Notes: generated by a model not told the origin, from the letters alone. 28,273 nt of DNA from Verrucomicrobiota bacterium (GCA_039798785.1 JBDKFG010000065.1:1-28273), one strand, 5' to 3'; shown: positions 1 to 8,886, counted from the first letter of the stretch. Made by a program: numbers and translations.

Positions 1-160
1 GCAATTTTCGTGGCTCAATGGCTGGCCTGCCCGCGCCCCTGTCAACGCTTCGCCCTGCGCCTCGCGGCGCCTGACGCATGACTCGGGGACAGCGTGACTA
101 GCTATGTCTTCACTGTCAAGGACTTTCACCTTTTACTCCTTGCCGGTTTCTCCGGCGCAC
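1..160 (-). mobile_element. Group II intron, 5' end (domain I), truncated by the window edge
   Basis: The minus strand starts with the canonical GTGCG at 160 and reads GTGCGCCGGAGAAACCGGCAAGGAGTAAAAGGTGAAAGTCCTT...CCCCGAGTCATGCG...GAAGCGTTGACAGGGG...GCAGGCC..CCATTGAGCCACGAAA. These are motifs typical of bacterial group II intron domain I. The RT ORF would lie beyond position 1. Confidence 0.85.
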
Positions 161-204
161 TCATGTATTTGCCTTTCAACCTTCCAAGCTTTCAACCCGG
201 TTCC

Positions 205-222
205 ATTCCGCTGCTGCGGAAT
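205..222 (-). terminator. Hairpin downstream of the cyclo-ligase gene (possible weak terminator)
   Basis: ATTCCGC-TGCT-GCGGAAT, a 7-bp stem about 30 nt after the stop codon; no clear U-tract. Confidence 0.35.
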
Positions 223-254
223 TTAGGTTCATCAGCCGAGGCCGCGGCAAGAGC

Positions 255-800
255 TCACTCCGCCAGCACTGCGTCCATGCGCTGGTCATGGGCTTCCGAG
301 GGCAGATGATCGAGGATTTGGCATTTGAACGCGATGCCGAGGCGGCGGCCGGAGCTCGTCTGCAGCAGCCGGTCGTAGAATCCGCCGCCGCGGCCGAGAC
401 GGATGCCGCCACGGGTGAAGGCAAGGCCGGGAACCAGCCACAAGGCCGGATCTCCTCCCCGAGACGTCGCCGGACCTGGCTCGGGAATGCCGAATGGACC
501 GAGAATCAGTTCGGTCAGGTCGCTGAGATCAGCCGCCGCCAATTCATAAAGCCCACTGGCTGCTGAGTGGCGGGGCAGGAGAAGCCGTCCGTCCATCGCC
601 AGTTGCCGCAGCACCGGGTTGATGTCGGGCTCCAAGGGCGCCGGCAGGAAGGCCGCCACCGCCCCGGGGACACGGCTGATCTCGTCAAGCAGCAGTTGAT
701 TGAGGCGCGCCGAGGCTTCCTCGCGCTCGGACTCGGTCAAGGAGCGCAGTGCGTAGCGGACATAGCGGCGGCATTCAGCCTTGGTCTTTGGCTCGTTCAC
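255..800 (-). CDS. ygfA: 5-formyltetrahydrofolate cyclo-ligase
   Basis: Motifs FGIPEP, LVPGLAF, RLGRGGGFYDR and EAHD. GTG start at 800 (VNEPKTKAECR) overlaps the end of rarA; the ORF-track extension to 1055 is a shadow of rarA. Confidence 0.92.
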   Translation of the reverse strand: MNEPKTKAECRRYVRYALRSLTESEREEASARLNQLLLDEISRVPGAVAAFLPAPLEPDINPVLRQLAMDGRLLLPRHSAASGLYELAAADLSDLTELILGPFGIPEPGPATSRGGDPALWLVPGLAFTRGGIRLGRGGGFYDRLLQTSSGRRLGIAFKCQILDHLPSEAHDQRMDAVLAE

Positions 801-2109
801 GGATCTGGTCCCAATAAGCGATGCGTTCGCGCAGGCTTTTTTCATAGCCGCGCTCGGTGGGTTCGTAATAGCGCCGGGCGACGCCGAGATAGTCCTGGGC
901 GACAAAACCTTCGGGCGCCTCGTGAGGGTATTTGTAGGTCGGCCGGGGCTCGCGCGATCCGCTCGAATTGGGGTCGCGCAGGTGCTTCGGCACCGGCAGG
1001 ACGCGCTGCGCCTCGACGTCGGCCAAGGCCTCGTTGATCGCTTTGTACGCGGCATTAGATTTCGGCGAGGTGGCGCAATAGGTGGCCGCCTGCGACAGGA
1101 TGATGCGGGCCTCGGGCATGCCGACCATCTCGACTGCCTGAGCAGCGCTGACGCAGAGCTGCAGGGCGCGGGGATCGGCGTTGCCGACGTCCTCGCTGGC
1201 GAAGATCATCAGCCGCCGGGCGATGAAGCGGGGATCCTCGCCGCCGGCGAGCATGCGGGCAAGCCAGTACACCGCCGCGTCAGCGTCGGAGCCGCGCATC
1301 GACTTGATGAAGGCGGAGGCTGAATCGTAGTGGGCGTCGTCGTCGTAGACCATCGACTTGCGCTGGATGCAGTCGCGCACCAGCGCCTCGTCGACGGTCC
1401 GGCGTCCGGCGGCGTCGGCCGGCGCGGTCAGCACCGCCAGCTCGAGGGCGCCGAGGGCCCGCCGCGCATCGCCTTCGCAGGCGCTGGCGAGGAAGGCGGC
1501 GGCGGCGGGATCAAGAGCCACGTCTCGACCGGGGAAGCCGCGAGGATGGACCAGGGCGCGCTGCAGCAATCCGGCGATCTCCTCCTCCGGCAGGGCCTCG
1601 AGAACGAAGACCAAGGAGCGCGACACCAGGGCCGGCACCAGGCCGAAACGCGGATTGGCGGTGGTCGCGCCGACAAAGCGGATCGCGCCCGACTCGATGT
1701 CGCGCAGCAGCGTGTCCTGCTGCGACTTACTGAAGCGGTGCAGCTCGTCGATGAAGAGGATGCTGCGGCCCTCGCCGAAGCGCAGCCGCTCGCCGGCCTC
1801 CTTGATCGCGGCGCGGACCTCGGCGACCGAGGAATCGAGGGCGCTCATCGCGGTGAAGTGGCTCCTGGTGGAGCGGGCGATCACCTCGGCGAGCGAGGTC
1901 TTGCCGGTGCCGGGCGGTCCGCAGAGGATGATCGAGGAGAAGCTGTCCGCCTCGATCGCCCGCCGCAGCAACGAGCCCGGGGCGAGCAGATGCCTCTGCC
2001 CGGCGACCTCGTCGAGGCTTTGCGGACGCAGGCGGGCCGCCAGCGGCTGATTGAGGCTGTTCTGGGAAGCCGCGGCGTGGGCGAAGAGGTCTGGAGTCGA
2101 TTTGCTCAT
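775..2109 (-). CDS. rarA: Replication-associated recombination protein A (RarA/MgsA AAA+ ATPase)
   Basis: PLAARLRP, Walker A GPPGTGKT, Walker B FIDELHRF, SAFIKSMRGSD, ASEDVGNADP, YKYPH. Confidence 0.96.
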   Translation of the reverse strand: MSKSTPDLFAHAAASQNSLNQPLAARLRPQSLDEVAGQRHLLAPGSLLRRAIEADSFSSIILCGPPGTGKTSLAEVIARSTRSHFTAMSALDSSVAEVRAAIKEAGERLRFGEGRSILFIDELHRFSKSQQDTLLRDIESGAIRFVGATTANPRFGLVPALVSRSLVFVLEALPEEEIAGLLQRALVHPRGFPGRDVALDPAAAAFLASACEGDARRALGALELAVLTAPADAAGRRTVDEALVRDCIQRKSMVYDDDAHYDSASAFIKSMRGSDADAAVYWLARMLAGGEDPRFIARRLMIFASEDVGNADPRALQLCVSAAQAVEMVGMPEARIILSQAATYCATSPKSNAAYKAINEALADVEAQRVLPVPKHLRDPNSSGSREPRPTYKYPHEAPEGFVAQDYLGVARRYYEPTERGYEKSLRERIAYWDQIRERAKDQG

Positions 2110-2149
2110 GCAGGGAATCTAGGCCGGGACCGGGCTTTCTCCAATCGCC

Positions 2150-3823
2150 TCACATCAGCCAGAGAGCCAGCACCTGGATCCCGACGATGCGCAGCAGCAT
2201 GGTGACGGGGTAGACCGTGGCATAGGCCAGCGATGGCAGCTCGGAACGGCAGACCTTGGAGGCGAAGGCCAGCGCCGGCGGGTCGGTCATCGCCCCGGCC
2301 AGCAGGCCGCTGAGACGGGGAAAGTCGAGTCTCATCACCAGACGGCCGAAAAGCCCGCCGAGCAACAGCGGCACGACGGTGACGAGCAGACCGGCAACAA
2401 GCCAGGTCAGACCTTCGGTCGAGAAGGCGACGGCGAAGAATTTCGGCCCCGCAAGCAGACCGACGGCGGCGAAGAAGAGGGCGATGCCGAATTCGCGAAA
2501 AGCGAGATTGATGTTGCCGGGCATGTGCCAGACCAGGCGGCCGAAATGGCCAAGCCGGGCCAGGAGCAGCGCGACGATCAGCGGACCGGCAGCGAGACCG
2601 AGCTTGAGCGGCGCGGGAAGCCCCGGAAGCAGGATCGGCAAGGTGCCGAGGGCGACGCCGAGGGCGACGCCGATGAAGACCGGGACGAAATGCAATTCGG
2701 TCAAGGCTTTGACTGAATTGCCGAGATGGCCCGCGGCATGCTGCAGACTCTCCTCGTCGCCGACGAGCTGCACCACGTCGCCGAACTGGATCTGAAGCCC
2801 CGGCACCGCGACCATTTCGAGGTCGGCCCTGAGGACGCGGGTGACGGCGACGCCGAAGCGCTCGCCGAGGCCAAGCTCGGCGAGGCTCTTGCCGAGAACG
2901 GCGGCGTTGGTCACCGAGACCCTGCGGCTGAGCAGCGGCCCGGGCTGGTGCACCAGATCCTCATGAGAGCGCGAGCCGACCACTACCTGGATACGGTCAA
3001 GACCTTCGGCGCTGCCGACCGCAAGCAAGGCGTCGCCGCGGCGAAGGACGCTGCTGTCAAGGGCGAGCACCGAGTGGGCCGCATCCTTGTGGTGGATGCG
3101 CGAGAAACTGACACCCGACTCCTGGCGTCCGGGCAGATCGCCGAGTCGGAGTCCGTCAAGATTGGGATTCATCACCTTGAGGGTTCGGCGCTCAAGGGGG
3201 CGCTGCAGGCTGCGCGCCTTGGCAGCGACGGCTTCCGCCTCTTCTTGCGGCCTGATCCTGAGGATGAGCTGCAAGGCCAGGAGCGAGCCGATGATGCCGC
3301 AAATGGCGGCTGGATAGCAGATGGCGTAGGCCTGGGCAGGCAAGGCCAGGCTTTCAGGAGGAATTCCAGGGCTGGCGGCAAGCGCCTGCTGCGCCGCGCC
3401 GAGGGAAGGAGTGTTGGTGACGGCGCCGCTGAGAAGACCGAGGATCGCTGGCTCGGGAATCTGCAAGGCTCGACCGAGAATTACGGCGAAGACGCTGCCG
3501 AAGATGACGATGGCCACGGCGAGGAGATTGAGGCGAAGACCATCCTTTCGCCAAGCTGCGAAGAAACCGGGGCCGAGCTGCATGCCGATGGTGAAGACGA
3601 AGAAGACCAGTCCGAACTCCTTGAGGAACTCGAGTGTGTGGTGATCGACAGGCTGGCAGAAGCGCCCCAGGATCAACCCGGCAAAAAGGACGCCCGCAGT
3701 GCCAAGGCCGATGCCGCGGATCTTCAGTCCTCCCAGGGCCATGCCGCTGACGCAGACCAGAGCGACCAGGCCGATGGCATAGGCCGAGGGCTGGGATTGG
3801 GGCAGCTCGCTCAGCCAGGACAT
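2150..3823 (-). CDS. AspT/YidE/YbjL-family transporter with central TrkA-C (RCK_C) domains
   Basis: Duplicated membrane domains (EFGLVFFVFTIG...GAVTNTPSLGAA; REFGIALFFAAVG...GAMTDPPALAFA) flank a soluble two-repeat region. Confidence 0.9.
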   Translation of the reverse strand: MSWLSELPQSQPSAYAIGLVALVCVSGMALGGLKIRGIGLGTAGVLFAGLILGRFCQPVDHHTLEFLKEFGLVFFVFTIGMQLGPGFFAAWRKDGLRLNLLAVAIVIFGSVFAVILGRALQIPEPAILGLLSGAVTNTPSLGAAQQALAASPGIPPESLALPAQAYAICYPAAICGIIGSLLALQLILRIRPQEEAEAVAAKARSLQRPLERRTLKVMNPNLDGLRLGDLPGRQESGVSFSRIHHKDAAHSVLALDSSVLRRGDALLAVGSAEGLDRIQVVVGSRSHEDLVHQPGPLLSRRVSVTNAAVLGKSLAELGLGERFGVAVTRVLRADLEMVAVPGLQIQFGDVVQLVGDEESLQHAAGHLGNSVKALTELHFVPVFIGVALGVALGTLPILLPGLPAPLKLGLAAGPLIVALLLARLGHFGRLVWHMPGNINLAFREFGIALFFAAVGLLAGPKFFAVAFSTEGLTWLVAGLLVTVVPLLLGGLFGRLVMRLDFPRLSGLLAGAMTDPPALAFASKVCRSELPSLAYATVYPVTMLLRIVGIQVLALWLM

Positions 3824-3826
3824 GGC

Positions 3827-4747
3827 TCAGCCCCTGCAGATGCCGAGGGCAACGAGAGCGAGGAAGCTCGAATCGGGATCTGCATCGGCAGCCCGGGCAT
3901 GGGCGAGGAAGCCTCCCTTGCTGTGCCAGTGATCAAGGATGAACTCGGCGCTGCGCTCCTTCAGATAACGCAGGTCGGTGCCAGTCCAGCTCAAAGCCAG
4001 GAGGGCGTAGGTCGTGCTGGCGACGTCGCCAAACGGCATCTGACGCACCGCAAGGAAGCCGCCTTCAGGCATTTCCATCTCGGTCAGCCAGTGAAGCGAA
4101 CGCGGATCGGCGGGCTCCTCCATGGCGACGAGAAGGGCGCTGGCCATCGCCGTAGCAGGCACTGATCCGGTGAGCTGGTCCTTCTTTTGGGCGAAGGAGT
4201 CGTCGGCCGCCTTCAGCGTCCTCAGAACGCGCAGACACTTGGCCTCCTCAGGCACCTCGCGATGAAGATTCTGCAAGGCTTCGAAGGAGAGCCAGAGACC
4301 GTAGAGCGTCGAGTGGCGGTCGCGCAGGACCTGGCTGTAGCCGCCGTCTGGACTGCGGTTCGCCTCAATGCGTTCGGCAAAAGCAGGAGCGAGACCGGCG
4401 TTCGGACTTTCCCAGGGAGAAATCATGTACCAGGCCCGGGCGAGGCCGGCGAGAGGCAGCAGATCGAGCTCCTCCGGATGAGTCCCCCGACGATGTAGAT
4501 CGGTGGCCAGGGCGGCAGCGAGCGGCTGCAGCCGCCCCGCTGCGGCGAAACAGGCGATTGCCTGGGCCATGCCATGAATCTCCGCAGCCTCGCCGGAAAA
4601 GCGGCTGCCGCCCGGCAGGAAATCCGCCATCCGGGCGCACAAGGCATCGCGCTGGCCGGCGTCAAGACAGGCGAAGCCGAGACGCGCGAAGTGCAGCATG
4701 CTGGCGGTGAAATGAAGGACGGGCTCGGGCGTGAGATCGCGGGACAT
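3827..4747 (-). CDS. Prenyltransferase/squalene-oxidase repeat protein
   Basis: Repeats DGGYS, EGGF...DVASTTYALLAL and KGGF...DPDSSFLALVAL. The start is uncertain (4747 or 4840). Confidence 0.75.
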   Translation of the reverse strand: MSRDLTPEPVLHFTASMLHFARLGFACLDAGQRDALCARMADFLPGGSRFSGEAAEIHGMAQAIACFAAAGRLQPLAAALATDLHRRGTHPEELDLLPLAGLARAWYMISPWESPNAGLAPAFAERIEANRSPDGGYSQVLRDRHSTLYGLWLSFEALQNLHREVPEEAKCLRVLRTLKAADDSFAQKKDQLTGSVPATAMASALLVAMEEPADPRSLHWLTEMEMPEGGFLAVRQMPFGDVASTTYALLALSWTGTDLRYLKERSAEFILDHWHSKGGFLAHARAADADPDSSFLALVALGICRG

Positions 4748-4833
4748 CAGGGATCCTCGGGTTATTCCGTAATTTCGCCCGCGAACATACATGGCTGCGG
4801 CGGTCTTGCCTGGATCTGCTGGCAAGTTTAAGT

Positions 4834-5064
4834 TTGACATCTCTCGCCGGGCGAAAAAAGCTGGTCATTCCGGTTCGCCTTGGACAGTATGTCGACGAGA
4901 TCCGCCTTGCCACCAGTTGCGAAGCTCTGCGTCAGCCGGACGCCTCCCTCGAGTCGATCATCGCCGCTCAAGGATGGCGCAGCGCCTCCTGGTTTCATCG
5001 TCGCTTCAAAGCCAAAATGGGCTGCGCCCCGATGGCCTGGCGGAAGCGGCAAGAAGGGAAGTGA
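4834..5064 (+). pseudogene. AraC/XylS-family HTH fragment (C-terminal half only)
   Basis: LGQYVDEIRL...ASLESIIAAQGWRSASWFHRRFKAKMGCAPMAWR matches the second AraC HTH. The first HTH and the sensor domain are missing. Confidence 0.65.
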
Positions 5065-5070
5065 GCTCGG

Positions 5071-5231
5071 ATTTCACCACGAAATCACGAAGCGCACGAA
5101 GTTCGGACGAAGAAACCCAGGGCTGCCGCCCCGGACCCCGCTCGGGGACGCGTCCCCGAACCCCATTTTGGGCGTCGCTGCGCTCCTGCTGGGACAAACC
5201 CGTAGCGCCGGGTTTTCCCAGACCCTTTCCC
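5071..5231. repeat. Structured intergenic element: 3x CACGAA followed by REP-like palindromes
   Basis: CACGAA at 5078, 5086 and 5095; perfect palindrome TCGGGGACGCGTCCCCGA at 5142-5159; hairpin CTGGGAcAAACCCG..CGGGTTTTCCCAG at 5189-5221. Confidence 0.55.
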
Positions 5232-5285
5232 GACTTGAACGACAGGAAGAGTATCAAGGTGGATGCTCGTTTGGAAGTCAAGTTC

Positions 5286-5780
5286 TTACGGCCCGTAAAA
5301 ATCTTCAAAATCACAACCGTTTTCATCACAATACCAACGCCAAAGCCAATAGTAATGTGAGAGATGGGTGAAATCATTATTAGTCATCTTGGCGAAAATA
5401 TAGTGACGATCAGTCAGATCATAGCTCCAATCGAATTCGATAGTCAATAAATCGTCTTTAATGAGAACCTCTATGATTCCAAATCCACAATCAGATGCCT
5501 CCGGAAAATGAGACTCAAGAAAATGATTTATGGTATTGCAGTTTTGTTCGAAATGATTTCTGAATCTAGTCGCTGTATCAATAGACTTTCCACTTAGATC
5601 ATCAACTAGAATTGAATATTCACTTAAAGTCTCTCTCTTTCTGAAGTAATTCCTTTTTTCATCACGTTCAAATTGATTTCTAAATCTTAGGCATGCATAA
5701 CAAAGAGCGTCCTTTAAAAATGGATAAATCTTCAGGCAGCACGGGCACTCAACTGGTGACTCAAAAACTTCAGTTTTCAT
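5286..5780 (-). CDS. AT-rich hypothetical protein with N-terminal CPCC-x10-CYAC motif
   Basis: An open frame of 164 aa in markedly AT-rich DNA (18/60 GC at 5581-5640), with RBS-like AGGTGAGG upstream of the ATG at 5780. Confidence 0.7.
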   Translation of the reverse strand: MKTEVFESPVECPCCLKIYPFLKDALCYACLRFRNQFERDEKRNYFRKRETLSEYSILVDDLSGKSIDTATRFRNHFEQNCNTINHFLESHFPEASDCGFGIIEVLIKDDLLTIEFDWSYDLTDRHYIFAKMTNNDFTHLSHYYWLWRWYCDENGCDFEDFYGP

Positions 5781-5801
5781 GTTTTGCCTCACCTTTAAAA
5801 T

Positions 5802-5831
5802 TCCCCCGCCAAGCTCACGCCGGGCGGGGAT
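5802..5831. repeat. Degenerate copy of the 6612-6647 hairpin
   Basis: TCCCCCGCCAAGCTCACGCCGGGCGGGGAT versus TCCCCCCGCCAAGCTCTCGCTTGGCGGGGGGAT. Confidence 0.8.
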
Positions 5832-5850
5832 CTATCTTCGTCAATGGTCA

Positions 5851-6597
5851 TTATTTCGGAGCTGATTTGATAGAGGCGTGATGAATCACACTTAAGGTTT
5901 CAACCGGATCGCAGCCGTAAAGGCCTGCGCCCCAAGCAGCATTTGCTTCGATGACGGCCCATCCCTTGTCGGTGATGCGGCCAACGTCCAAGACGATCGC
6001 GCGGGGAAGAGGCACTCGTTCGTCATGAGCCAACTGATTGATGAAGTCGCGGATTTCTCGTTCCTCATCGGGGGAGTGAGGGAAATCAAGCGGGGCCTGC
6101 ATCAGGCCGTCGCGCAGGTATACCGAAAGACTTTTGAGCTGGCGATCAAGCAGGAAGCAGCGGAATTCCACCTGCCAGCTGACGATCTCCGACAGCAGCA
6201 CCGGACTCAAATCGGGGAAGTCCGAGGGCAGGGTCTCAGCAGAATAGACCTGGGCTTGGAAACTCTTGTCGTTAGGCGGCTTGATGAAAGCCGGTCCGTC
6301 TGTGAGTGCCTGGCGTGCCTCGCCCAGGGTGGTCAGGCGGATCTCCCGTTGGCGATACTCGACAGGCAGTTGCGGCAGCCAGTCCAAGGGCGGATCGAGA
6401 AGGGTGACGCCCAGTTCCTTGGCAATCAGGGGGCCGAACATGGCTTCTACATAAAGAACGGGTTCATGGAGACTTATGAATTCTTTAGGGACGCGCCACG
6501 ATGGCAGACGCTCAACGCGCCAGCCGGAACGTAATGCGGCCTCACGCAGTCCTTGTGAATCTTCCGTGAACCGAGGTGTGAGGATGAGTGTGGGCAT
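5851..6597 (-). CDS. ATP-grasp domain protein (DUF4343/R2K-like clade)
   Basis: FIKP..DKSF, EFRCFLLD, VLDVG....GWAVIEANAAWGAGLYGCDP. Confidence 0.82.
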   Translation of the reverse strand: MPTLILTPRFTEDSQGLREAALRSGWRVERLPSWRVPKEFISLHEPVLYVEAMFGPLIAKELGVTLLDPPLDWLPQLPVEYRQREIRLTTLGEARQALTDGPAFIKPPNDKSFQAQVYSAETLPSDFPDLSPVLLSEIVSWQVEFRCFLLDRQLKSLSVYLRDGLMQAPLDFPHSPDEEREIRDFINQLAHDERVPLPRAIVLDVGRITDKGWAVIEANAAWGAGLYGCDPVETLSVIHHASIKSAPK

Positions 6598-6611
6598 TTC
6601 TAATTCCTGTT

Positions 6612-6647
6612 AATCCCCCCGCCAAGCTCTCGCTTGGCGGGGGGATT
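6612..6647. terminator. Perfect 16-bp hairpin downstream of tkt (terminator or REP-like)
   Basis: AATCCCCCCGCCAAGC-TCTC-GCTTGGCGGGGGGATT, about 20 nt after the tkt stop. Confidence 0.75.
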
Positions 6648-6667
6648 TTCTCACTATTTCAGAGCTC

Positions 6668-8635
6668 TCAGGCCTTCAGGTAGCCACGGGCCTTTTCGGC
6701 GAGCTTGGCGGTGGTGAAACCGAGATGCTCGGCGACTTTCGGGCCGGGGCCGCATTCGCCGAAGGTGTCGACGCAGGCGTAGAGGCCGTCGATGCCGGCG
6801 TAGCGGTGCCAGGAGTAGGACGAGCCGTAGTCGATGGCGAAGCGCTTGCGGACATCGCAGGGTAGGACCGACTTCTTGTATTCGGCCGACTGCTTCTCGA
6901 ACTGGGCGGCGGAGGGCATCGAGACGACGCGGACCGACTTGCCATCCTTCTCGAGCTCGGCGGCGGTGTCGAGGGCGTGCTTGACTTCCGAACCGGAGGC
7001 CATGATGATCAGATCGGCTTTGGCGCCCGCTTCCTTCTTGGCGACGTAGGCGCCTTTGGTGACGTCCTGGCCGACGCTTTCCTGCAGGGTGACGAGGTTT
7101 TGGCGGCTCATCAGCAGGGCGGTGGGGCCGCTGGTGTTCTTCAGGGCGGCGATCCACGAAGCGTTGACTTCGTTGGCGTCGGCGGGGCGGTAGACGGTGA
7201 GGCCGGGGATGCACTCGAGGCCGGCCTTGGTTTCGGTGGGCTGGTGGGTCGGGCCGTCTTCACCGACGAAGAAGGAGTCGTGAGTGAAGACGTAGATCAC
7301 CGGGATCTTCATCAGGGCGGCGAGGCGGATGGTGGGGCGCATGTAGTCGGCGAAGACCAGGAAGGTGGCGCAGTAGGGGCGCAGGCCGCCGAAGAGGGCC
7401 ATGCCGTTGACGATGCCGCCCATCGAGTGTTCGCGGACGCCGAAGTGGAGGTTGCGGCCGGCGAAGGCGCCGGTGTTGACGTCGCCCTTGTCCTTCATGC
7501 GGGTGAGGTTGGAGCAGTCGAGGTCAGCCGAGCCGCCGACGAGGAATTCGACTTGATCGGCAATGGCGTTGAGGGTCTTCTCCGAGGAGGCGCGCGAGGC
7601 GATCGACTCGCCGACCTTGTACTCGGGGAGAGTGAGGTGCGGCAGGGTCTGGGCGAAGAAGAGGTCCCACTTGGCCTTGAGCTCGGGGTTGCTGATGGCC
7701 CAGGCGCTGTGAGCTTTTTCCCAGGCGAGACGCTTGGCGGCGCCCTTGGCGGCGACTTCCTTGCAGAAGGCGGCGGTGCCGGCGGTGACGGTGAATTCGG
7801 CGGTGCCGGGGAGGAGGGCGGCGCGGGTCAGGCCGGTCTCTTCCGGGCCGAGGGGGGCGCCGTGGACCTTGTGGGTGCCCGACTTGTTGGGCGAGCCCTT
7901 GCCGATGGTGGTGGTGGCGATGATCAGGGTCGGCTTGCCGGTGGTCTGCGAGGCTTTGAGGGCGGCGCGGACCGAGTCCATGCTGTGGCCGTCGGCCTTG
8001 AGGACCGCAAAGCCGTAGGCCTCGTAGCGCTTGGCGACGTCTTCGGTGAAGGCGATGTCGGTGGAGCCTTCGATGGTGATGCGGTTCGAGTCGTAGATGA
8101 TGACCAGGTTGTCGAGCTGCAGGTGGCCGGCGGTGGAGGAAGCTTCGGCGGCGACGCCTTCCATCATGCAGCCGTCACCGCAAAGGGCGTAGATCTTGGA
8201 CGGGACTTGGGCCTGGCCGAAGCGGGCGCCGAGCATCTTGGCGGAGAGGGCCATGCCGACGGCGTTGGAGATGCCGGCACCGAGGGGGCCGGTGGTGGTT
8301 TCGACGCCGACGATGTGGCCGAATTCGGGGTGGCCGGCGGTGGGGGCGCCGAGCTGACGGAAGTTCTTCAGGTCTTCCATGCTTACGGCGTAGCCGAAGA
8401 GGTGAAGGAGCGAGTATTGCAGCATCGAGCCGTGGCCGGCGGAGAGGACGAAGCGGTCGCGGCCGATCCAGTGCGGGTGGGCGGGATCGAAGGTGAGGAA
8501 CTCGGAGAAGAGCACGGCGGCGATGTCGGCGCAGCCCATCGGCAGGCCGGGGTGGCCGGAGTTGGCCTTCTGCACGGCTTCGGCAGAGAGGCAGCGGATG
8601 TGGGAGGCGAGTTCGGTCAGGGCGGCGTTGCTCAT
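6668..8635 (-). CDS. tkt: Transketolase
   Basis: [24 protein letters not shown] motif GDG...[22 protein letters not shown] at 8635 has GAGGA upstream. Confidence 0.97.
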   Translation of the reverse strand: MSNAALTELASHIRCLSAEAVQKANSGHPGLPMGCADIAAVLFSEFLTFDPAHPHWIGRDRFVLSAGHGSMLQYSLLHLFGYAVSMEDLKNFRQLGAPTAGHPEFGHIVGVETTTGPLGAGISNAVGMALSAKMLGARFGQAQVPSKIYALCGDGCMMEGVAAEASSTAGHLQLDNLVIIYDSNRITIEGSTDIAFTEDVAKRYEAYGFAVLKADGHSMDSVRAALKASQTTGKPTLIIATTTIGKGSPNKSGTHKVHGAPLGPEETGLTRAALLPGTAEFTVTAGTAAFCKEVAAKGAAKRLAWEKAHSAWAISNPELKAKWDLFFAQTLPHLTLPEYKVGESIASRASSEKTLNAIADQVEFLVGGSADLDCSNLTRMKDKGDVNTGAFAGRNLHFGVREHSMGGIVNGMALFGGLRPYCATFLVFADYMRPTIRLAALMKIPVIYVFTHDSFFVGEDGPTHQPTETKAGLECIPGLTVYRPADANEVNASWIAALKNTSGPTALLMSRQNLVTLQESVGQDVTKGAYVAKKEAGAKADLIIMASGSEVKHALDTAAELEKDGKSVRVVSMPSAAQFEKQSAEYKKSVLPCDVRKRFAIDYGSSYSWHRYAGIDGLYACVDTFGECGPGPKVAEHLGFTTAKLAEKARGYLKA

Positions 8636-8886
8636 GCGGTTCCTCAAGGGTTCGGGTTCGGGTAAAAATCAATGTGTCACGATGACACTATGGGGTGAAT
8701 GAAGGCGAAAAACAAGTCCTTTGGCGGGATTTGTCTGTCACGCGATCTGGCAAGATGCCGCCGGCTGCGGGGATTTCCAGATTCAATTCAGGCAAGAAGC
8801 AGGACTTGAGAGAGTGAACAACGATTACTACAGCCAGGAGAGGTGCGTATCATTTTCGATGTGCGGATCACAAGATGACCGGAACT

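Noticed and set aside
94..309. 71-aa plus-strand ORF
   Set aside because: Antisense to the intron RNA and the end of ygfA; no coding support.
775..830. 6S RNA upstream of ygfA
   Set aside because: The ygfA start overlaps rarA, so there is no intergenic space.
5006..5377. 123-aa minus-strand ORF and overlapping plus-strand ORFs at 4791-5371
   Set aside because: They are translations of the palindromic repeat region and lack protein-like features.
5802..6647. Hairpins as integron attC sites
   Set aside because: Too short, no RYYYAAC/GTTRRRY boxes, and no intI in the window.
6977..8665. Long plus-strand ORF (562 aa) and similar long antisense ORFs (2726-4165, 20007-21137, 24123-26018, 26683-27996)
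   Set aside because: Shadows of well-supported genes on the opposite strand in high-GC DNA; no recognisable motifs.
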